From contig OZ252244.1 of NCBI GenBank assembly GCA_965249575.1, positions 3,296,001 through 3,360,000 of the forward strand: a DNA stretch of 64,000 nucleotides, read 5' to 3'. The position numbers and the translations under genes are program-made. The stretch comes from Gemmatimonadales bacterium. Its GTDB lineage: Bacteria > Gemmatimonadota > Gemmatimonadetes > Gemmatimonadales > GWC2-71-9. This document shows positions 50,593-61,404 of this stretch, piece after piece (position 1 is the stretch's first letter; the number at the start of each line of letters is the position of its first letter). The notes under the pieces are model-generated. The model was not told the DNA's origin. It saw only the letters and a program-made list of their open reading frames with translations, and made no database searches.

Positions 50593-51574
50593 AGGACTTG
50601 ATCCAGAGGCAGTGATGAACCTCTCGAGTGTTGGCTCGTTGGCGCCGCAGTTTGCTCAACTGTACCCCGGAACCCTGACGGGTGTGGGGGCCGGGGCGAG
50701 TCGCCTGCCCGGATTGAGCAGCAGCCCATACGGCGTGCGAGTCGACAGGGTGGAGCTTAGTGCGATCGTGGTCAGTGTGTCCAAGACGGTCGTGAGCGTG
50801 TCCCCCGGGGGCCCCATTCAGAGCCAAGTGGATGAGCTGCAGTCTGCCCCGTCGGCGCTCGAGAGCCTACGAGCCGTGGTCGAGGCCGAGGTGGCGAGCG
50901 GCGGTTTGTCGGAAAGGGCTGGGGATTTTCTTGGCCGGATCTTCGATCGCGTGGCGAAACTCGTCGACCACGGGCGACCCGGCCGGGCGATTCACCGACT
51001 CGGACACCTCGTCGATCGAATCGAGCACGCGGTGGACAAGGGCAGGCTGTCTCCGGAGGTCGGTCAGCGACTCGTCGAGGCGGTGGACGCATTGATCGGG
51101 GAGCTCGATGCTGCGCCGACGAAGGCCGGCGGTGTATTCGAAAAGATTGCTGCGACGATCCGGGGCCTAGTAGAGGACGGAATCCTACCACCGGAGTTCG
51201 GCGAAAGGATCGAGCGCGTCCTCGGCCACGTGACGCGTTTTCTTGGAGCCGCGCGAAACGACCACGAGGCCAACAAACACCCCGAGCATCTGGGTCCTGA
51301 TGCGCTGGGCGGCGGGAAGCCCTTCGATGAAATTCAGAAGGGGATCGGCCAGCTCACCGGCGGGGGAGCATCGCTTGAGGAATCAACTGAGGCTGTGGTA
51401 GTCGGGGAAGTCGGGGCAGACGAGGATATAGAGTCGGAAGCCGACCATGACGGCGACGAACGTATCGAGATCGACGACGAACACTCCAGCGCCCAGCCGG
51501 TGACGGAATCCGCCGGCGCATTGATGTTCTTTGCGGAGATCAGGATGGGGTACGTTTCCACTTCGGTTAGCTGA
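50593..51574 (+). CDS. Hypothetical protein with acidic C-terminus
   Basis: Long ORF with repeated helical segments; start uncertain (50411-50595). Confidence 0.5.
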
Positions 51575-51901
51575 GTCCGGCCACTCGCCATCGAGGGTTC
51601 GCGACCCCGCAGTTCGATTAATCCCTCTCACACGTTACCGCGCTCGTCCAACAGCCGCGTTCCGCGCAGTCCTGGGGCATGCGCTCGCCAGATCGCCCCG
51701 GTTTCGGGCTCTTTCTTGTTCCTAGGTCACTAGCTGCCGTTACAGATCCAACGCTCCAATTCGGCCACTCGGTGCGGCACTGGGTCTTGCGACGCACCGC
51801 CTCCCGGTCATATTGACGCGATGCGCCGCAGGCTTCTCGGCGCGCCAGCGATGAACGGCAACACTCGCACGGCCAGACGCCTTCTGGAGGAGGTCGCTCC
51901 G

Positions 51902-53308
51902 ATGATGCGGTACGCACGATATCCCCGGTTCGTCGTTTCCATGATGCTGCCTCTCACTGTCCCGATGATGGCTGCCGCGCAGGTTCGGCCCTTGATGAGC
52001 GATGTCAAGACGGGCGGGAGCGCCAGGATTCAGGTCGTGTCGCACGTACCCCTCGATGGGGCTTTCCGCGTTGGCGGGGTTGAGATCGAGTCGGAGTTGT
52101 CGCGGCCCTACGCCTACGTCGTGCGGATGCTGGATGAGGCGGGGTTCTCGATTATCAGCTTGGCCGATCCGGGTAACGCGCGCGTGATCTATGACTGGCG
52201 TCATCCAGATCCGGAGCTGCGCGCGAGTTCCGGCCTCGGCGGGGAGAGCGGACGGTACTTCAAGACCCGTGGACGGTACTACTACGTCAAGGGCTCCTCG
52301 TTCGGTCCCGAGAGTCCGGACCCCGATCTGGGAGCGGTCGTCTTCGACGTCACCGGTCTGCCCGACGTGTCCACCATCAGGGAAGTCGGCCGGATTCAGG
52401 GTGAGGGCGCTCGGCGTGTCACCCACGTATTTCCCTACAAGCACTCCGACGGACGGGTGCTGATGTTCACGACGCCGCGGGCGCCGCACGCCAACGCGTA
52501 CGATATGGACAAGTTCCTGAGCGGCGATGCGAACCAGGGACTGATCGGCCGGGTACCGGTTCCGGGTGCGGCCGCACCGGTGCAGGGCCAAGACGGATCC
52601 ACGCGCGGCGCCAGCTACCACGATACGTACGTGGCGTTCGACCCGGCGACCCGTCAGGACAAGTTGTATGGTGCCGGGACTGGAGGGTTCCACGTCTTCG
52701 ACGTCACGCGTCCCGAGGAACCGCGGCATCTTACCTCGATGATGCCGGGAGGCCGCCTGGGCGCCAGCGGGCACACCCTGATCGCGACGCCCGATCAGAA
52801 GTACGCGGTTGGAAACATCGAGCGGCAGTATTTCCCGATCATGCTCTTCGATTTGGAGGAGGGGGTCGAGCGACAGACACCCATCCCGTCTCCGGCTGGC
52901 GCATGGACTCCCGATTGGCAGGACGCGTCCCACGCCAATGACGTCCGGTGGCCCTATGTGTTCGTCGCGTCGTTCGAGGACGGGCTCCAGGTGGTGAACA
53001 TGATCAATCCCAAGAAGCCCAAGACCGTGGCCTGGTATTACACGTGCGAGTGCGAGCACCAGGCCGGGTTTGGCTTCGGAACCGGAAGCGTCCGGGGAAC
53101 GAGCGTCATGAACGGCGGTGCGGACATCGACGTGCGAAATGCCGACGGGCTGATCGTGATGAACGACTACAACACGGGCTTCTGGGCGTTCCGCATGGAA
53201 GGCTTCGGTGGGTGGAACGGTGAGGACTGGGACATGCCGAACGTCTCGAGTGAGCAGGATTGGGACAACGGGCCCTACGGGGCTCGGCAGGCGCCCAGGA
53301 CGAGTTAG
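51902..53308 (+). CDS. Secreted LVIVD-like beta-propeller protein (paralogue 1)
   Basis: GGAGGAGG RBS, signal peptide; homologous along its length to 56020-57408. Confidence 0.75.
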   Translation: MMRYARYPRFVVSMMLPLTVPMMAAAQVRPLMSDVKTGGSARIQVVSHVPLDGAFRVGGVEIESELSRPYAYVVRMLDEAGFSIISLADPGNARVIYDWRHPDPELRASSGLGGESGRYFKTRGRYYYVKGSSFGPESPDPDLGAVVFDVTGLPDVSTIREVGRIQGEGARRVTHVFPYKHSDGRVLMFTTPRAPHANAYDMDKFLSGDANQGLIGRVPVPGAAAPVQGQDGSTRGASYHDTYVAFDPATRQDKLYGAGTGGFHVFDVTRPEEPRHLTSMMPGGRLGASGHTLIATPDQKYAVGNIERQYFPIMLFDLEEGVERQTPIPSPAGAWTPDWQDASHANDVRWPYVFVASFEDGLQVVNMINPKKPKTVAWYYTCECEHQAGFGFGTGSVRGTSVMNGGADIDVRNADGLIVMNDYNTGFWAFRMEGFGGWNGEDWDMPNVSSEQDWDNGPYGARQAPRTS

Positions 53309-53377
53309 CCACCAACCGCCGAGTCGGTCCGCACACCATTTCCCGGCACTCGCGCCGTAGACGAAAGGTCCTTGGCC

Positions 53378-55033
53378 ATGTTCAACCTGCGTACCTCGCG
53401 ACCACTGCTTGGCCTGGTGACGGTGATCACCGCCGCTGGGTGCGGACCGCAGAGCCAGCCGGGATCGGGATCGGGGCGCTACGAAGATCTCGTCGCTCTG
53501 TTCGAGGAGTGGCGCGCCTTTCAACGGCCGCCGCTGGTCGAGGGAGTCCCAGACTACAGCCCCCAGGCCATGGAGGCCCAGCGCCAAGCGCTACCAGATT
53601 TTCAGGGCCGCCTGGCTGCGTTTGACACCACTAATTGGCCGGTAGCTCGCCAGGTCGACTACCACTTGGTCCGGGCGGAGATGAACGGGTTGGACTTCGA
53701 CCACCGGGTCCGGCGGCCATGGGCGCGGAACCCTGCGTTCTACCGGACGATCTTCACGTACCAGAGCGATGTGCCCACGCACGTCCGGCCCGTCGCGTAC
53801 GGTGAGATCGAGCTTTGGACCTACGAGTTCCCCCTCACGGCCGAGGCATCACAAAAGCTGGCCGCCGAACTGGGGATAATCCCGGGTCTCTTGCAGCAGG
53901 CCGAGGGCAACCTCACCGGGAATGCACGGGATCTCTGGGTGTTGGGCGTAGGGACGATCCGGGAGCAGCGCGACAACCTGGCGATGCTCATGGAGCGAGT
54001 GCCGGAATCGAACGGGGACCTTCGAGAAGGCATTCGACGCGCGCTCGATGCTACCGAGACATTCCGTGTGTGGCTCGAAGGTGAAGCGCCGTCAAAGACG
54101 GGGCCGTCCGGTATCGGAACCGAGAATTACGACTGGTACCTCAAGAACGTGCATCTCGTCCCGTTCACATGGCAGGACGAGGTGGCGATCATGCGACGGG
54201 AGCTGGCGCGCGCGCACTCGTCCCTGCGTCTCGAAGAGAACCGCAACCGGAAGCGCCAGCCGCTCCGTCGCATCGCGAGCGCCAGGGAGTACGACCGGCG
54301 TTACCACGCCGCGGTGACCGAGTACATGACGTTCTTCCGAGAGCAGGAGATCGTGCCGCTCCGGGACTATATGGATCTCGCGCTGCGCGAGCGGATCGGC
54401 CGATTCCAGCCCGCGGAGGGGCTACGCGGCTTCTTCTCGGAGGTCAGCTATCGCGACGAGGTGGTGATGCGGACGCACGACTATCACTGGATAGACCTCG
54501 CCCGGATGGTCCACGAGCCGCATGACAGCCCCATTCGCCGGGTGCCGCTCCTCTACAGCATTTTCGACAATCGAGCCGAGGGATTCGCCACAGGCATGGA
54601 AGAGATGATGATGCACGCGGGCCTCTTTGATGACCGGCCGCTCACCCGTGAGCTCATCTGGATCCTGCTAGCTCAGCGCGCCGCGCGTGCGCTCGGCGAC
54701 CTGATGATGCACGCCAACCGGTACACGTTCGACGACGCCGTGCGGTTCGCGTCGAAATGGACTCCCCGCGGATGGCTGCCGGAGGACGGCAGCACCGTGC
54801 GGGGCGAGCAGCAACTCTATCTCGAACAGCCCGGCTACGGCACGTCGTATGTCATTGGCAAGATCGAAGCCGAGCAGCTCATTGCGGATCGCGCGCTCCA
54901 GCTCGGCGACGAATTCACCCTCAAACGATTCATGGACGAGTTCAACGGGGCGGGGATGATCCCCGTGTCGCTCATTCGGTGGGAGCTGACCGGCGAGACC
55001 GACCAGATCGCGTGGCTTACGACCGCCCGTTAA
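53378..55033 (+). CDS. DUF885-like lipoprotein
   Basis: TAAGC lipobox; RAEGFATGMEE, PGYGTSYVIGK, FTLKRFMD. Confidence 0.75.
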   Translation: MFNLRTSRPLLGLVTVITAAGCGPQSQPGSGSGRYEDLVALFEEWRAFQRPPLVEGVPDYSPQAMEAQRQALPDFQGRLAAFDTTNWPVARQVDYHLVRAEMNGLDFDHRVRRPWARNPAFYRTIFTYQSDVPTHVRPVAYGEIELWTYEFPLTAEASQKLAAELGIIPGLLQQAEGNLTGNARDLWVLGVGTIREQRDNLAMLMERVPESNGDLREGIRRALDATETFRVWLEGEAPSKTGPSGIGTENYDWYLKNVHLVPFTWQDEVAIMRRELARAHSSLRLEENRNRKRQPLRRIASAREYDRRYHAAVTEYMTFFREQEIVPLRDYMDLALRERIGRFQPAEGLRGFFSEVSYRDEVVMRTHDYHWIDLARMVHEPHDSPIRRVPLLYSIFDNRAEGFATGMEEMMMHAGLFDDRPLTRELIWILLAQRAARALGDLMMHANRYTFDDAVRFASKWTPRGWLPEDGSTVRGEQQLYLEQPGYGTSYVIGKIEAEQLIADRALQLGDEFTLKRFMDEFNGAGMIPVSLIRWELTGETDQIAWLTTAR

Positions 55034-55114
55034 CGCGACGTGTGAGGACGAGTTCGGGGAGTGACGGCCGCCGCCGTCCAATAGACCCGGTGTGCCGTTG
55101 CCCGGTCGGCCCGC

Positions 55115-55486
55115 TCAGACGTGTTGATCGACCAAGATGGGATTTCCGTCGGGATCGACCGCGACGAATCTCGCCGGACCCGTGGTGTTCTCGTCCGCTT
55201 CACTTTCCAGCTTCACGCCCTGTGACTTGAGCTGGCGCTGTAGATCCCGGACATCCGTGAACTTCGCGAGCTTGCCTGCGCTCGCGTCCCAGCCGGGGTT
55301 GAAGGTCAGGATGTTCTTCTCGAACATGCCTTGGAAGAGCCCGATCGTGTGATCGCCGTTCTTCAGTATCAACCAATTCTGTGAAGCATCCCCACCGAAG
55401 ACCGTGAAGCCGAATTCTTCATAAAACTCCTTCGACGCCTCCAGGTCCTTGACGGCCAGGCTGACGGAGAACGCGCCCAGGTCCAT
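55115..55486 (-). CDS. VOC/glyoxalase family protein
   Basis: MDLGAFSVSLAVKDLEASKEFY..DPDGNPILVDQHV. Confidence 0.9.
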   Translation of the reverse strand: MDLGAFSVSLAVKDLEASKEFYEEFGFTVFGGDASQNWLILKNGDHTIGLFQGMFEKNILTFNPGWDASAGKLAKFTDVRDLQRQLKSQGVKLESEADENTTGPARFVAVDPDGNPILVDQHV

Positions 55487-56019
55487 GTCTCGCTCCTTCT
55501 TGTCGAGTCGCGATACTGCGTTTGGCGAACTGCATCGGATCCTGGTCCGTGCTGGCGACGACGTCGGACCGACTTGAGCGGCTTTCTAAACGTTCACGAC
55601 CGGAACAACTCAACGGCGGGCTCGGCCTTTAAGGGGCGAGCCGACGCGAATCGCCGCCTGAGGTGTCGCTGGCGATGTTCGGCAAAACCATACACCTTCG
55701 GCCAACTTGTCGCGACGTAACTCATTATTGGACAGACCTGCGTATCCGGCTATCCGACGCCGTGTTGGCTCCGTATACGCGGGTGGGCGTCTGCAATGCG
55801 GCTTGCCGCCTCGAGATACGCAGAGTCAGTGGAATATGCAGCAGTAGCCGTCGCAGTCTAGTACGCAAAGCTGGGCTGACCACGCGGGGGTTGTCAGGAC
55901 CGATCCCCATTTTCGCGCTGCCCCCGTCGCCGTGGACGGTCGTTGCAACTCGGCTGGCCACCCTTTTTTCGCCGGGTTAGCTTTGCAGGGCTTCCCCGTT
56001 TCCCGACCAAGGAGCTTTC

Positions 56020-57408
56020 ATGATCTCGCTCATGCGACTCGTCACCGGCGCGCTGCTGGTTGTTCTCTTAGTGCCCGATGCGCTGAAGGGGCAGGCGCTC
56101 GATCCTATGAACAGTCTCCGCAACCCGCGGACAGGGGGGAGTAGCAATATTCACGTCCAGGCGCATCTCACCATGGGTGGTGCGGTGCACACGTCGGACG
56201 TGGAGATCGAGCAGGAGCTGAGCCGTCCCTACGTGTACGTCGGCCGGGTCGACATCGGTGGGGAGGGCTTCGCGGGCCCGTCGAAGGGAATAGATATCGT
56301 GAGCGTCGCTGATCCAACCAGACCGAAGGTAATCTACTCGTGGCGCATCGAGGATCAGGAGCTGCATCGACACGGCGCGATGGATAACAAGTACTTCAAG
56401 CTGGACGGCCGGTATTACGTGGCCCAGTCGTTTCAGTTTCGCGCCGGCGGGCCCAACGTCGACCTCGGCGCGGTGCTGCTGGACGTGACCAGCCTCCCCG
56501 ATACCACCGGGATTCGGGAGGTGGCGCGGATTCGCGCCCCCGATACGCCCGGTGGCTTTCACAACATCTACGCCTACAAGCACTCCGACGGGCGGGCGTT
56601 GCTCTTCACCACGACGAGCGGTGAGTGGGCGAACGTGTACGACATGGCCGGCACGTTGGGCGGCGACACCCGCTCGGGCCTCATCTCCCGGATCCCCAAC
56701 CCCAAGCCCGGTGAACGGTTCAGGGGCTACCACGATTTCTACGTCGGGTACGATCCGGCAACCCGGCAGGACAAGTTCTACGGGGCCGGACTGAACGGGT
56801 ACTATCTGTACGACGTCACCGAGCCGGAGGAGCCCTCACTCATCACATCCATCACGGGTGCGCCCGGCATCTTCATCGCCCACACCATGACTCCGGATCC
56901 CACGGGCCGATACGTCGTCACCGAAGTGGAGTACCAATACACGCCTCTCAGGATCTACGATCTCAAGCCCGGGCTCGACGGCGAGGTAGAGACGATATCC
57001 CGGCCAGTCGGCGCCTGGCTTGCCACCTGGGACGGGAACGCGCACAACCACGAAGTGCGCTGGCCGTACGTGTTCGTGTCCGGCTACATGGACGGGCTCC
57101 AGGTGTTCAACATGATGGACCCCACCAACCCCTACACGGTCGGCCACCACCACACCTGTGATTGCTTTCTCCCTGCGGGTGCCGCCGGTGCGGGACTCGT
57201 GGGCGGTATGGGTGGCGGAGCCTGGGGCGTCGACGTACGAAACGCCGACGGGCTGATCATCGTGGGCGACGCCGGCACGGCGCTCTGGACCTTCAGAATG
57301 GATGGGTTTGACGGGTGGAACGGGCACCAATGGGGGATGCCGGACATCTCGAGCGCCCAAGACTGGGACAACGGCCCGGACGGAGCACCTCGGCCCGGCG
57401 TGAGCTAG
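56020..57408 (+). CDS. Secreted LVIVD-like beta-propeller protein (paralogue 2)
   Basis: AAGGAG RBS, signal peptide; shares YKHSDGR, VRWPYVFV, QDWDNGP with 51902-53308. Confidence 0.75.
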   Translation: MISLMRLVTGALLVVLLVPDALKGQALDPMNSLRNPRTGGSSNIHVQAHLTMGGAVHTSDVEIEQELSRPYVYVGRVDIGGEGFAGPSKGIDIVSVADPTRPKVIYSWRIEDQELHRHGAMDNKYFKLDGRYYVAQSFQFRAGGPNVDLGAVLLDVTSLPDTTGIREVARIRAPDTPGGFHNIYAYKHSDGRALLFTTTSGEWANVYDMAGTLGGDTRSGLISRIPNPKPGERFRGYHDFYVGYDPATRQDKFYGAGLNGYYLYDVTEPEEPSLITSITGAPGIFIAHTMTPDPTGRYVVTEVEYQYTPLRIYDLKPGLDGEVETISRPVGAWLATWDGNAHNHEVRWPYVFVSGYMDGLQVFNMMDPTNPYTVGHHHTCDCFLPAGAAGAGLVGGMGGGAWGVDVRNADGLIIVGDAGTALWTFRMDGFDGWNGHQWGMPDISSAQDWDNGPDGAPRPGVS

Positions 57409-57447
57409 GAAGAGAGTTCATTGGAGCCTCTGGGGCGGCTGACGACC

Positions 57448-57876
57448 GTGAGCAATCCTCTCCGAGAAGAGCGGGCGTATTTCGCCGAGCTGAAACCCCA
57501 GTTGCTCGAGTCACACACGGGGCAGTTTGCCGTTATCAGGGGCCGGGAACTGTTCGGAGTGTTTCCGCAGCAGGACGACGCGTTCGTGAAAGGGGTAAAG
57601 CGGTTCAAGCGGGGGGCGTTTCTCATCGCCGGCATCGTCGAGCACGACGATTTCAAGTATGTGCCGACACTGCCGCCCCCGCCGACCATGAGTCTGGAAC
57701 AGCTCGTGTCGATACCTGGGGACCTGCCCGAGCTAAAATCCGAGCTCGCCGGGCTCCCGGCGGAAGAGTTGACGGAGGACAATGTGCTGCAGACGGTGCT
57801 CAGGCACCGGAAACGCAAAAAGCGACTACGGGAGCTTGCCACCGGGCTCCAGAATTCGGAGAGCCGCTTCGAGTGA
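57448..57876 (+). CDS. Hypothetical protein (DUF5678-like N-terminus)
   Basis: YFAELKPQLLESHTGQFAVIRGRELFGVF; start uncertain. Confidence 0.5.
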   Translation: MSNPLREERAYFAELKPQLLESHTGQFAVIRGRELFGVFPQQDDAFVKGVKRFKRGAFLIAGIVEHDDFKYVPTLPPPPTMSLEQLVSIPGDLPELKSELAGLPAEELTEDNVLQTVLRHRKRKKRLRELATGLQNSESRFE

Positions 57877-57994
57877 TATCTCGCCGAACGCCTTCGGGCT
57901 GTGGTCGATGCCGATTCAGCTCAACGAGACGAGGTGATTCGGCACGAGATGACTTCAGCGGACCGGGATTGGTTCCGGCTCAAAGCGCACATGC

Positions 57995-60693
57995 ATGCTT
58001 CGATGGCCTACGGCGTCGATGATGGAGTTCGCTCGGGAGGCACCCGCGGCCGGCGGCCAGCCGATGCTGCTCGAGGGTCAGGCGCCGACCGCCGGTAGCG
58101 TGCCAGGAGATTCAGACTACACCGATTTCTGGCGTGTGACCGTAGGGGTCGTTGACCTGCGGAGCTACGTGCTGGGGAGCTACCGGGATCACCGCCGCGC
58201 GATGGACGACGCAGACCGCGGGCGCCTCACGATCCGTCGGGCTCGGGGTGCGTTCAATCGGCCCGTAACGTACGTGGACGGTCAGCCGATCGCCCGACGC
58301 GGCGCGCTTCGGATTCTCGCTGGCGCTCTGACGGACTCCCAAGCCGGGATGAGCGCGGTGGCGACCAGCGTCGCGTCCCTCCCCCAGACGCTGTCTGCAT
58401 CCCACTACGCCGGGATGGCGGGCCGAATCGATGTTGCCGTCCCGCGCCTCGAGGGCGCCGTCGACATCGATGGGATGCTGATCGAGGGGGTATGGGGTGC
58501 CGCCGCGCTGCTCACCGGGTTCTCGCAGTACGAACCGGTAGCCGGCCGCCCGGCTGCCGACACGACCCAGGTGCTGGTGTGGTACTCCCCCACCGCCATC
58601 CACTTTGGCGTCCGGGCCTTCGCCCCTCAGGGCACGGTGAGGGCCACGCTGGCTGATCGGGACAAGATCCAGACCGATGACTGGGTACAGATTCTACTCG
58701 ACACGTTCAACGACCATCGGCGAGCATTGGTCTTTGGCATCAATCCCCTCGGTGTACAGTCGGATGGCACCCTGAGTGAGGGATCCCCAAACCGCCGGGG
58801 CGGCTTCGGCCGTCAGTCCGCGGCGCGCGACACGGTCGACCTGAGCGCCGATTTCCAGTACGAGTCCAAGGGGCGTGTGACGGAGGACGGCTACGAGGTC
58901 GAGATCCGCATCCCATTCAAGAGCATCCGGTACCAGGGGGCTGACGAGCAGGATTGGGGCATCCAAGTCATCCGCAAGGTGCAGCGCTCCGGTTACGAGG
59001 ACACTTGGGCTCCAGCGCGTCGAGCCGCGTCCTTCCTGTCCCAATCCGGGAAACTGGTGGGCCTGACGCAGCTTGCCCGCGGGATCACCGTCGATCTGAA
59101 TCCGGTGACGACCGCGAAGGTCGACGGATCGTCCGGCCGCAGCCCGGCGGGAACGTCCGTTGGGGCGTCACCAACAACCTCACGCTCAACGCCACCGTCA
59201 ATCCGGACTTCTCCCAGCTCGAGGCCGACGTGGCGCGAGTCGTGTTCGACCCTCGATCGCGAACCTTCTTCCCCGAGAAACGCCCGTTTTTCGTCGAAGG
59301 CAGCGAGCAATTCGAGACCCCGAACCAACTCATTTACACCCGCAGCGTCGCCGACCCGCTTGCCGCGGTCAAGCTCTCCGGCAAACTCTCCGGCACGGAC
59401 GTCGGGGTTCTAGCGGCGGTCGACGACAGGACGCTCTCGAACGTCCCGACCCCTGCGTCCCCGGCCCGTCCTGTCTTCGGGTTCCTTCGCGTGCGGCGCG
59501 ATCTCGCGGGGCAATCGACCATCGGCGCGGTCTTCACCGACCGAGAGGATGGTGAGAACTACAATCGCGTGTTCGGCGCAGACGCCCGGTTCGTTCTCGG
59601 CGGGATCTACACCGCCCGGTTGCAATGGGCACACAGCCTCTCGAGACTGAGCGGCGTCACCACATCCGGCCCGCTCTTCGACGTCGGCTTCAACCGGCGG
59701 GGCCGCCAACTCCAGCTCAACTACGCCTTGAGAGGCTTCCACGAGAACTTCCGCTCCGAGTCGGGGTTCATTCGCCGAGTGGACATCGTCACGGCATCGG
59801 CGTCGCAACGGAACATCTTCTACCTCCCGCCGGGCAAGGCGATCGAGACCTTCTCCGCAGACGTCAGCATGACCAGTAGCTGGTTTTACGGGGATTTCTT
59901 CAGGGGTGGTGGCCCGACGGATTTACGGTTGACGACCAACGGAACGTTCGTGCTCCGCGGCGGGTGGCGCGTCAGCGCCACGCTGTTCGTCGAGTCGTGG
60001 AAGTTCGACCAGAAATTCTATGCCAACAAGTACATCGAACGGACGTTGCCCGGCGGGACCAAAGATACCCTGGCGTACAATTCATACATTCCCGGCGGTC
60101 CGAACGACCGCATCCCGGCGATGGCGACGCTGTTCAACTTGCAGACCCCGCCCGGGGCTCGTCTGTCGGTCAGCGCCAGCCTCGGAATCGGCACCGACGC
60201 GAACTTCCCGGAGTGGGCGCAGGCCTGGCTCATATGGCCCACGGTCACTGCGACATGGCGCCCCACCGACCAGCTGCGCATCGAGGCGCGCTATCTCCAC
60301 CACCAATACAACCGCAGGACCGATGGCACCACGGTGCAGCTCCGGCGCGTGCCACGCCTCAAGATCGAATACCAGCTTGCGCGGCCGATCTTCGTGCGGC
60401 TTGTGGGTCAGTACGAGTCATTCACCCTAGACAGCCTGCGTGATGGAAGCCGTTCCGACTCCCCGGTCTTGCTTCGCCAAGCGGACGGCTCGTTCCAGCG
60501 CGCGGAGCGCTTCCAGAACAACGACCTCCGAGTCGACGTGCTCTTCTCGTTCCGGCCCAATCCAGGCACGGTACTCTTCGCGGGCTACGGCAGCAGCCTT
60601 ACCGAGACGGATGCCTTCTCGTTCCGGGACATCCGCCGCACCAGCGACGGATTCTTCTTTAAGCTGAGTTACCTGCTCCGCGTCGGTGGCTGA
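57995..60693 (+). CDS. DUF5916/CBM9-like outer-membrane protein, frameshifted near 59140; N-terminus possibly chimeric
   Basis: LDTFND.RRA..F.INPLGVQ.DG, EIRIPFKSIRY; second frame NPDFSQLEAD, FFPEKRPFF, C-terminal FFFKLSYL. Confidence 0.8.
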
Positions 60694-60734
60694 ACGGCGC
60701 TCGATTGCGGCGGCACAATCGACTGCTCATTTGA

Positions 60735-61319
60735 ATGGGCTCGAAGGACGCCGACCGGTGCTTCGAGGAATCCTTCCCAGGAGTGAGTTCACTTAGACGC
60801 GGCCTACTCGCCACCGGAGCCGTCCTTCTCGCCGGGCTGGTTTGGGCGACCAGGTTCGGCACTCACTGGCCGTCGGTCTACTACATGACCGGTTCGTCGA
60901 TGGAGCCGGCGATCGGCGCCGAGGAACACTTCATCGCGTGGAGCCCGCCAGGGGCGTTCTCCCGCGGCGACCTCGTACTATTCCGCTTCGAGGATGAGGA
61001 CGGTGAGTTCCACGTGCTGCGCCGACTGGCCGCGCTGCCCGGCGACACCGTAGCGATGGACTCGGGCGTTGTCGTGGTTAACGGCGACGCCATGCCATGG
61101 CCGTTTCGGATTACGTCGCCTCGAGTGACGCGTTCCGAGCTCGCGCGAGAGCACTCACTGTTCGATTGGGGACCCTGGATCGTGCCGCGGGACTCGGTCG
61201 TGCTCTTGTCGGACACGCGGGATATGGTGGGGTGGCCCGACACGCGTTTCCTCGGGTTCATCCCAAAAGACGATATCGTCGGCAAGGCGACGAGGACAGT
61301 TCGAGGACGCAGACTGTGA
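60735..61319 (+). CDS. Signal peptidase I (S26)-like protein
   Basis: TM helix, GSSMEP, RGDLVLF, RRLAALPGD, DTRFLGFIP. Confidence 0.8.
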   Translation: MGSKDADRCFEESFPGVSSLRRGLLATGAVLLAGLVWATRFGTHWPSVYYMTGSSMEPAIGAEEHFIAWSPPGAFSRGDLVLFRFEDEDGEFHVLRRLAALPGDTVAMDSGVVVVNGDAMPWPFRITSPRVTRSELAREHSLFDWGPWIVPRDSVVLLSDTRDMVGWPDTRFLGFIPKDDIVGKATRTVRGRRL

Positions 61320-61404
61320 TAGTCGGCGCCTTGCAACTGCTCGCACCGCGACCGATCTTCGCTCGGTGATCGTCGGACTGCGCCATACCCCCCGGGGGCT
61401 CTAA

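Noticed and set aside
51740..53587. Long antisense ORFs (e.g. 51740-53587, 2197-3204, 18611-19615)
   Set aside because: Shadow frames of well-supported genes in high-GC DNA.
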